A program made the translations under genes and the position numbers. From Octopus bimaculoides (Eukaryota): 48,493 nucleotides of DNA. Numbering within the stretch: position 1 is the first letter of the stretch; every line of letters starts with the position of its first letter. The notes under the pieces were generated by a model. The model searched no databases, had not been told where the DNA came from, and worked only from the letters and a program-made list of their open reading frames with translations. This document shows, in pieces, positions 12,696 through 23,400 of the stretch. The stretch spans positions 17,471,750-17,520,242 of the forward strand of contig NC_069008.1 in the NCBI RefSeq assembly GCF_001194135.2. The letters are read 5' to 3'.

Positions 12696-13927
12696 TACTT
12701 TATTTAAAAGCAGGAGAAATATAACAAAAAAACCGTTACTCTGAGTTTCACGTTCCCGTTCATCGGACAGTTTTGTTGCACATTTCATGTGCTTACTCCG
12801 GTATATACATACATGTATATATATAATACGTGTGGATATATGATGCAAATATGTATAATATACATACATTATAAACAAAATCTCAGATGCTAAGGGGTCA
12901 TTCAACAACTGCAGGAACCACACACAAATGCAAAGAGATTCCCTTACTTAATCTGGATACACCAAGAACTCTTTTTTTGCCCAAATTCCTCCAATCTCAA
13001 ATTCCAACAAAAATCAAAAAGCGAATGAAGTCCACACAGGTACGACCATCAACATACAGCAGCATCCATGAAGTCTCATTTCTACTTACCGCTCCAATCA
13101 TTCATGACAACCATTCCAAAGATATGATCCTCTGCCTTCCCCATGGGGATGCTGGTGCCAAGGTTGTTGGACGCACCTCCCACGAAGAAAGCCATCTCGA
13201 GCTCAATGTCCATGAGGCGGCAAGGGCCAAAAACAGGGGGTTTGCCTGGAAGCAAAACAAACAAGTATACAGTTTAGCTCTCTCTCTCCGTCACTCTCAG
13301 GGTTCACAAAAGGTGTAATTATGCTTTGTAGCTTTGCTTCTCTCTCAATATCTATACACCTGTTTCTTTGTCTTTTGCTTTTTCCTGTAAATTTCAACTA
13401 TATATATATATTTAAGAATTTAAGGAATGGAGAAAACGCATGTTATAATTGCATACTTTATTCCTACATGTTTCAAAGGATTACAACCTGTGTGATCCAT
13501 AGGGATCTTTGATATTAAAATTGTAACCTTCTCATCAGGGAAAGCATGGGAATCATCTTAAACGTAAGAAATACACATAATTATATATATATATATATAT
13601 ATAACAGTAGAAGAATGTTATTTTCTCGGATGAGTCATCCTTTACCTTATTTCTAATGTGCCATTAGATAACGTAGTCCTAGATACACTATGGCTGAATA
13701 AAAGACAAGATGGCTGCAAACTGAAGCGCCTTTGATCACAGGTCTGTTGGATCAAGGCTGACCTGGGGCTTTTAATAACAACAAGTGAATACAATATACT
13801 TACTTTCATCAGCTCTTGTTTGTCCATTTGGTCTGCGCACAGGTGTGCCAGAGATTATAACTGATGAGGCTCTGCCATGGTAACCAACAGGTAGGTAAGT
13901 CCTGTAAAATAATTGACAAAAGAAACC

Positions 13928-13980
<53 letters not shown>

Positions 13981-14202
13981 GGCAGCAAGCTAGCAGAATC
14001 GTTAGCCCAGCGGTGGAAATGCTTAGCGGTATTTCATCTGCTGCTATGTTCCGAGTTCAAATTCCACCGAGGTTGACCTTTGCCTTTCATCTTTTCAGGG
14101 GGTCGATAAATTAAGTACCAGTTGCGTACCGGGTTAGGGTTCAATGTAATCAACTCATCCCTTCTCCAAAATTTCAGGCCTTGTGCGTATAGTAGAAAGG
14201 GC

Positions 14203-14236
<34 letters not shown>

Positions 14237-17200
14237 GGTAAGGTGACAAGTTAGCAGAATCGTTAACACGTTGGGCAAAATGCTTAGCAGTATTTTGCTC
14301 ATTGCTATGTTCTGAGTTCAAATTCTGCTGAGGTTAACTTTGTATTTCATCCTTTTGAGAGTCAATAGCACCTTGCTGAACACGATGCACTCAATACTCA
14401 CCAGTTTGGCATCAAGGCATTCTCAGGGCCCCTAAACATGCATCCAACATTGTAGGCATGGTTCTTAGATGAGTAGAAGTCAGTATAGTCACCTGCAAAA
14501 CATAATGAGCATTATGATAATTACAATGATTATAATGATGATGATGATAATAATTAAAGCAGCTCAGCCCCACCCAATCACCCACCCACCCATGTATTTT
14601 CTAAAAGAAAACCGCCCATGCTGGTGCTACATGAAAGTGCTTGTGTCACTGTTATGTAAAGAGCACCGAAGTTAGTGCCACGTAATAAGCACTTGTGCCA
14701 GTGCCACTTGCAGAATGCACCTGTGTTGGTGCCATGTGAAAGTCACATAAAAGGGGAGACATCTAGGGGATGTCTTTCAGTGTGGACACGACCACCTTGT
14801 CTCTTTCAATAAAGTAAACACATCGGCACTGAATATATATTGGCTCTTAAAGTCCAGTTGAAAACTCTCTAAGATGGAGAGAGAGAGAGAGAGAGAAAAA
14901 AAGAAAAAGAGGGAGAAAGAAAGAGAGAAAGTAAGAAAGAAAGAAAGAAAGACAGTGGTAGGAAGGAAGACACACAGACAGACAAACAGAGAAGCAAAGA
15001 AACAGTTAAAGCGCCGTTACCGATTCTGGCAGGAAGATGCATTTTCGCTTTATTCTGAGGAACAAAGGCTCTGCAAAACAACAAAAAACAAAAACAAATC
15101 ATTATGGAATAATTAAGAAGAATCTCTTCAAATTTCGTCTTTTATTTGGCCATGCTGGGGCACAGCCTTGAAGAATTTTAGCCAAAGAAATCGACCCCAG
15201 TACTTCTGTTTTTTTTTTTGAAGCCTGGTACTTATTCTATCAGACTCTTTTACCAAACTGCTTAGTCACGGAGTCGCAAATACACCAGCACAGATTATTA
15301 AGTAGTGGTGGGGGACAAACACACACACACAAGTGACAACTTGACAGTGAAAACAGAGGGAGCACTGTGCAACTGATGTGTGTTTCTTTAGCTGAAAAAA
15401 ACGTAAAGCTATAGAGGTGAAACTTACTTCTGCCTGAGCCCCACATCGTCCTTTAAAGTTGCTTCCGACGCTGATAGCATTTTCTGCAGGGTCGCTCTCG
15501 CTTCGCACCATGCTGCACGGGTCATGCCCATGAAGGCGTTTAGAGTTTCCTGAAATCATAAAACAAGGAAAGCTGCAGAACGAGACAAATATATAGACAA
15601 AACTTCAAAAACAAACCTATGTTTGTTTACAACCATAACTTAGCGGTTCGGCAAAAGAGACCGATAGAATAAGTACTAGGCATCCAAGGAATAAGTCCTG
15701 GGGTCAATTTGCTCGACTAAAAGGCGGTGCTCCAGCATGGCCACAATCAAATAACTGAAATGAGTAAAAGAGAGAGTATATGACACCTAGCATTCCTGGA
15801 TGACTTTATAACTTCTAAAAATTGCAGAAGAATTTGTCGGTCGGCAGTTTAGCTTAAAGGTAGAGCACTCTAACCGGATACTAGAGGGGTGTGAGTTCAA
15901 TCGTCATGGCTGGTTGCTGACAAATTTTCCTGCTCTAAAAGGATTTTATCCTATATACGATGTTCTGTCAACATTTATGCATTGAAAAATATATCCTTCT
16001 ACTTGTTCCACAATATATTTCAATACTTCAAAGACAAACTTATGTTGGTTCAAATCATCATCATCGTTTAACGTCCACTTTCCAGGCTAGCATGGGTTGG
16101 ACGATTTGACTGAGGACTGGCAAGCCAGAAGGCTGCACCAGGCTCCATGACATTATTTATAGACAGATAGATATACTAGTTTCAAATTTTGGCACAAGGC
16201 CTGCAATTTCAAGCAGTGGTAGTGATTAAGTTGATTACAACTCAATTGGTACTATTCTATATTTTTCAAGGTAATATAGATCCGAAGAGCCAGCCTTTTA
16301 TACCTGCATTCGTTTGTACAAGTGTATTCTGTTATAATTAACTAACTGGCACTCCGTTGCTTACGAGAATGAGGGTTCCAGTTGATTTGATCAACGGAAC
16401 AGCCTGCTCGTGAATTTAACTTGCAAGTGGCTGAGCACTCCACAGACATGTGTACCCTTAACGTAGTTCTCGGGGATATTCAGCGTGACACAGTGTGACA
16501 AGGCTGGCCCCTTTGAATTACAGGTACAACAGAAACAGGAAGAAAGAGTGAGAGAAAGTTTGTGGTGAAAGAGTACAGCAGGGTTTGCCACCGACCCCTG
16601 GCCCCTGCTGGAGCCTCGTGAGCAAAGTTTGATAAGTAAAATAAACAAGGAGGAAATGTGGTGAAGGGGGTTAAGTTTGTTGTGGAACAATCTGTTGGAC
16701 GGTGCCGTCTGTATACTTTANNNNNNNNNNNNNNNNNNNNNNNNNNNNNNNNNNNNNNNNNNNNNNNNNNNNNNNNNNNNNNNNNNNNNNNNNNNNNNNN
16801 NNNNNNNNNNNNNNNNNNNNNNNNNNNNNNNNNNNNNNNNNNNNNNNNNNNNNNNNNNNNNNNNNNNNNNNNNNNNNNNNNNNNNNNNNNNNNNNNNNNN
16901 NNNNNNNNNNNNNNNNNNTCTGGTCACCAATGGCAACACCAATTCTATGGCGAGGCTGCAAAGAGTACAAAAAAAAACAATAACAACAATAATAATAATA
17001 ATCCTTTCTGTTATAGGCACAAGGACTGAAATTTGTGGGGAGTGAAATTTGTCTGGTCTGGGAATCGAAACTGCAATCTTACGACCGCAAGTCCGCTGCC
17101 CTAACCCCTGGGCTATTGCATCTCCACACACACACACACACACACACACACTATGGGCTTCTTTCAGTTTCCATCTACCAAATCCACTCACAAGGCTTTG

Positions 17201-17431
17201 GTCGGCCCGAGGCTATAGTGGAAGACACTTGGCCAAGGTGCCACGCAGTGGGACTGAACCTGGAACCACGTAGTTGAGAAGCAAGCTTCTTACGGTGGCA
17301 AGCTGGTAGAACCATTAGCATAACATCTGCCTTTATGAGTTCAAATTCTGCTGAAGGTTGAGCACTGGGCTCAATATAACGGACTATCTCCTCCAGTAAA
17401 CTTGCTGCCCTTGAAATTATTATTATCATCA

Positions 17432-17493
<62 letters not shown>

Positions 17494-20400
17494 CTTTGTA
17501 ATCAGTTATAGTTTGAGTAAACTTGCACCTGGAAGAAACTTCGCACTTCAAAGTCCCTGACGACAAAATTAAAATAACTATATGCACAACCACGCACGCA
17601 TACGTCTATTTGGATGCATGTGCATGTGTGTGCATGTTGTCAGGGGGGTGGGGGAGTGGTTTGTGGTGGTCAGAGATATACAGGTGGTTAAAGAAACAGC
17701 GCCATCCCGTCCATGACTACCCCTCCTTTACGTGATAAAGCAAAGACGTGGGAGCGAGACAGCTTGATCAGAAAACCACTGAAAGCTAAACACGGGAGAT
17801 AGACATTATCCTATTATCATCCTGCCACCACCACCATTACTACCACCACCACCACTACGACTGCTACTACTACCACTACTACCACTACCACCAACACTAC
17901 TGCTACTACTACCACTACCACCAACACTACTGCTACTACTACCACCACTACTGCTACTATGACCACCACAACTACCACCACTGCTACTACTATTACTACC
18001 GCCACCACTACTACTGCCAACATCATCAGCTCCCCAACAACCACTACAACTACCANNNNNNNNNNNNNNNNNNNNNNNNNNNNNNNNNNNNNNNNNNNNN
18101 NNNNNNNNNNNNNNNNNNNNNNNNNNNNNNNNNNNNNNNNNNNNNNNNNNNNNNNNNNNNNNNNNNNNNNNNNNNNNNNNNNNNNNNNNNNNNNNNNNNN
18201 NNNNNNNNNNNNNNNNNNNNNNNNNNNNNNNNNNNNNNNNNNNNNNNNNNNNNNNNNNNNNNNNNNNNNNNNNNNNNNNNNNNNNNNNNNNNNNNNNNNN
18301 NNNNNNNNNNNNNNNNNNNNNNNNNNNNNNNNNNNNNNNNNNNNNNNNNNNNNNNNNNNNNNNNNNNNNNNNNNNNNNNNNNNNNNNNNNNNNNNNNNNN
18401 NNNNNNNNNNNNNNNTATGACCACCACAACTACCACCACTGCTACTACTATTACTACCGCCACCACTACTACTGCCAACATCATCAGCTCCCCAACAACC
18501 ACTACAACTACCACCACCACCACCACCAATGTCATCAATCATCACCACCACCACCACCACTACGACTGCTACTACTACCACTACTATGACCACCACCACT
18601 ACCACCACTGCTACTACCATTACTACCACTACCACCACTACCACTACCACCCCCACCTCTCACTGCTTGACACCCACCCAGGTCAAAATGAACTTCTGCT
18701 CCAAAGAGTAAATCCAGAATCTAACAGGGAGCGGGGGTGGGGTGGGGGTTCAGGTGCAACACAGGTAAACAAACAATTATATTTGAAGACCCAAGGTAGA
18801 AAGACTTTGGTGAGATCATCCAATAGCAGCCACAAAATCATACATACACATATATGTGTATGTATGTATATATATACACACACACACATATATATCTATA
18901 TATATATATACACACACACAACCACACAACCACACGCTCACAGATTTTGTTTTCAATTTATTCTCCACAAAAGTTGTTTACAAAAACAAAATCCAAAACA
19001 CATCAAATCAAGGTCAAGGAGGTCAAAAACACTCCAACCATACCCACCCCTACAGATCCCCCCTGCACTGACAACTCCTCCGCCTCCCCCCATCTGTTGT
19101 GTCAATCTGTGCTTTGAGGCTATCAACAAACAAAAGTTAATAAATTCAAAAACTGAAAGGTTATCTTTGCCGTGTATGTATGTGTGTATATATGTGTGTA
19201 TATATGTGTGTGTGCATGTATGTGTATATATGTATATATATGAATGTGTGGACATATATGTATGTGTGCATGGATATATATGTATCTGTATGTATTTGTG
19301 CATGTGTGTCTGTGTGTGAATGTATTTATATGTGTATGTATGTGTATGTACATATGCATGTATATGCGTATGTATGCATATGTGTGTGTGTGTGTGTGTG
19401 GTGTTAGGCCACTGAGAATAAAGAACAGAAAGAGGCCCCAAGAGTGTGTGTGTGTGTATCTGTGTTAAATTCCATTCCAGCCATGACCATCCCATCTACT
19501 TAACAGTGTCTCTAATTACATTAACCATTATACCTTTTTCTTTTCCAACGACAATAAGCCTTCACATATACAGCCAACAAAGAAAAAAAAGAGATTTAAC
19601 TGCTATTTCTAACACGTTGAACGACCACATAGAAGCCAGCCCAGGTCACCAGCAGGTCACCACTAGATGTCAGCTCTCACCCTCATCACACAGAGAGCGC
19701 AAATGTATCTAATGCATGCTAGACATCCATCATGTGAGGCAAGTCGGCCTGACTTTTTAGCTGTCAACCATTTGAGCTGTGACACACTAACTCACAACCA
19801 AACCAGCCCCTTTTGTCATACAGACTCCCTTGCTCCTACCCTCCTTTGCTATGTGTGAGGCTCGAAAAAGGGGACAGATAAATTGCCAGGTATAAAACAA
19901 TAGGATTATAAAACTGTTTAACCTTTTTCTTATGGTATTTCTTCTGAAATACGCTGCTTTTTTGTTTCAAATAATTTTGAAAATAACAAAGAATTTAGTA
20001 AAATAACTTCGTTATCATTCATCTAGTGTTAGGAACATAAATTGTGACTAAGGTTTGGTGGAAGATTTCAATTGAGAACTTATGAAAACAAGACATTTGT
20101 ACTACAGAGCCAGAAGTGGTTTCAGCCGGGTTGATAACAAAAGGGTTAAACACAATTCTACATTTGGGCAGATGCACATTAGAAGCAGTTGGAAGGGTGT
20201 GGATAGAAGGAAATTTAGGCTATTATTTCTAGCATATAGAATGACCACATTGAGGTCTCCTTCTCTCATGTCTTCTGCTGATTATTTTTCTTCTTAACCC
20301 TTTCGTTACCCTATTTCTGTTGAGATACTCTGTTTCTTTCAATTGATTTTAAATATAACAAAGAGTTTAATAAAATAACTTCGTTATCATTCAGCTAGTG

Positions 20401-23400
20401 TTAGGAACATAAATTATATATACACCGGGGGTACATTAGATGATCTTCTTCAACAGAGGTTTTCAAGACAGCTTCTCCTCTCTTTGGCTCTCTCTCTCTA
20501 TCTATCTGTCTGTCTGTCTCTCCCTCTCTCTCTCTCTCTTTCTCATGTATGTGTGTGAGTGTTCTTGTGTGTATGCATGCACGTGTATGTATGTCTGTGC
20601 CTGTGTGTATGTATGTGTTCCTTAAGTGTGTTTTTTCTGTGTGCGTGTGTGCATCTAAAAGAGAAGAGGAATTAGAAAACAGAATAGAAAGAGGGGGAAG
20701 GAGTATTGTTGAGAGAGAGAGAGAGATAAGGAAGGGGAGGAAAGGTTTAAGAGTCTGAGAGAGGGGGGAGAGAAGTAAAGTGAAGCAGACAGAAGGGGTA
20801 GGGAGGGGGTGATGGGAAGAATGTGTTTTTTTTACAGAAGAAGAAGGTGAAATGGAAGATGATGGTGATAATGATGAAGATGGCAGTGAGGAGGAGGAGG
20901 AGGAGAGACAAAGGAAATGGTCGGGTCTTGAATGTGTACTGTTAAGAAAGGTATTCTAGTAACTTCTGTGGCATGAAGGAAGATGGTACGGGGAAGGGCG
21001 GAGGGCGAGGATGGAGGCGAGACAGACAGACAAATAAATAAATAAATAACATTAATAATATTGAGGTGATGGTGGTGTATGTGGGGGTGGGAGGAGGCTT
21101 GTTTGGCAAGAAACTTGATCCGTGTGTGTGTGTGAGAGAGAGAACAACGTTTTGAAAGTAAGGTATGGCTTTGTGGTAAGATGCTTGCTTCCCGACCAGA
21201 TGGCTTGGAGTTCAATCCCATTTCATGGCACCTTGAGTGAGCACTTACTTTCCTATTATAGCTGTGGGCTGACTGATGCCTTGTCAGTGGACTTGGAAAC
21301 TAAAAGGAAGCCTGTCGTATGTATAATGATACAGATAAACGTGGCTAAATTTGATATTTATAAAAAACATACAAAAACAGATTATAAATTCCATGCTTTT
21401 AAAGTGACACATGTTTGGTGGCTGCTTCGTTCTTTCTAACACACACACACACACACGTATATATACTTACATATATACAGACATACTTGGCAAATAGTCT
21501 TTATATAAAGCCAGTCCGGGGGACGGAGGGGACACAATGGCATTGACCACATTCGGATGGGGCATTTTACTTGCCACTGGCACGGGAGCCAGTTGGGGGG
21601 GGGAGCACTGGCATTGACCACATTCGGATGGTGCATTTTATGTTCCACTGGCNNNNNNNNNNTGACCACATTCGGATGGGGCATTTTACGTGCCACCGGT
21701 ACATCTCTCAAGCCAAACAGTTTATCTACATCACTATCTCTCTCTCTCTCATATATGGCTGTGTGGTAAGAAGCTTGCTTCCCAACTACATGGTTCTGGG
21801 TTCAGTCCCACTGCATGGCACCTAGGGCAAGTGTCTTCTACTATTGTCTTGGGCCGACCAATGCCTTGTGAGTGGATTTAGTAAACGGAAACTGAAAGAA
21901 GCCCATCATATATGTGTGTCTGTCCACCATCGCTTGACAAAACGATATTGGTATGTTTACATCCCCGTCACTTAGCGGTTCGGCAAAAGGGGGGACGATA
22001 GGATATGTACTTGACTTACAAAGAATAAGTCCTGGGGTCGATTTGTTCGACTAAAGGCGGTGCTCCAGCATGGCCGCAGTCAAGAATACACACACGCACC
22101 TTCGCGCGCGCGCACCTGTACCATTCTTCTTTCAAAGCTACGCAGTCGAAAAACAAGAGAGCTTCGTTTGAGGCCGAGAGAAAGATTGGAGGTGCGTGAG
22201 GAATGCTGCTTTCTGATTGGTCAGAATCCAAATGAGCCAAACTTCGAAACAAGTTCGTTTTCACCTTGTGTGTGTTTGGGTCAAGGTGCGCGGGCGCGCG
22301 AGTCCCCAGACCCGTTTTGCGTGTTAAGTGTTGTCTCACTTCGAAGAATTACAAATANNNNNNNNNNNNNNNNNNNNNNNNNNNNNNNNNNNNNNNGAAT
22401 CTTCGTTTATTTATTTATTTTTTTTACGTGGAAAAAATGGGAAAAACGAATAATAATAATAATGAAATTTCAAATGCTAATTATTTTAGCATAATCTCCA
22501 TTGTCGAAAAAGTTGAATCCCATGAAAAAGAAAGAAAGAAAAGATTTTTTTTTAAATCGCAAATGGTTGGGGTGAAGGCAGAATTCTCGACATATAACCC
22601 CTGATTTCGTTTTTTATTTTTTGGAATTTTTAAAAAGTTTTTGTGAATTTGTATTCTAAATATGGTAAAGTTTTTTACTATTTCGAAATTAAAATTTTTT
22701 TTTTAATATTTCGAATTTAAAAAAAAAACAAACTTTTAAATGCAGACAGTTCGAAGTTTTGGCTTAAATCCCAGCAATGGACCATTATGGGAAGAAAGAT
22801 ATTAAAAAAAAACATCTTTACGTCAGACTGACAAACAACGAGGTGGGCATGAGATGTGCTAAAAATAACAGCTAAATGCTCCTTAAATCACACACAAAGA
22901 ATTTTTTATGTTTCCGTTTTTGCATGGTCGTATGATTTCGCGTATGCAAACATTTTCTGAAAATTCCAAAAAAATAACAAAGTTATAAGGGGTTAATTAT
23001 AGCATGCTTAAACCAGAATTCCGCCTGGCTGCATATTCCATACCGCCACTTATTAACTTGTTACCATTTGAAAATATGCTTGAGACATATTGGAACCCGT
23101 AGGAAACCCATTTACTGTATTTTATCACCGAGAAAGTTTCTCGCTGTAGACAAATAGATGTAAACACACCCACGTTGTGCGACCACACAATTTCTGTCTA
23201 CCAAAGATGCCACGCAGCAGGATTGAACCCCAAACTACGTGAGATTGTTAACCATAGAGCCCTAATGCTAAATGTTGCAAATATATAAATCTGGAAAGGT
23301 AAAAAAAAGGTCCTATTTAAATAAAGAGGTCCCGACGCAGCTACGTAACCTTAACCAACAATAAAACTAATCCTAACCAACAATAAAACTAATCCTAACC

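Noticed and set aside
13861-13880. CTGATGA hammerhead core word (also 31311, 33525)
   Set aside because: Lies within coding exons with no GAAA/stem architecture; chance match.
16674-16720. [15 protein letters not shown] as continuation of FAH exon 2
   Set aside because: Only joined across Ns. A 111-nt exon would end near 16845 inside the gap, and the peptide is not FAH-like.
17817-18656. Long poly-Val/Thr/Gly-Ser ORFs (also 38458-39096, 37981-38320, 45529-47605)
   Set aside because: Translations of trinucleotide/dinucleotide microsatellites and N-runs. The only real coding part is MCCC2 exon 16 at the end of 38458-39096.
18727-18748. G-quadruplex motif GGGAGCGGGGGTGGGGTGGGGG
   Set aside because: Real pattern, but G-runs are common in this low-complexity DNA and there is no evidence of function.
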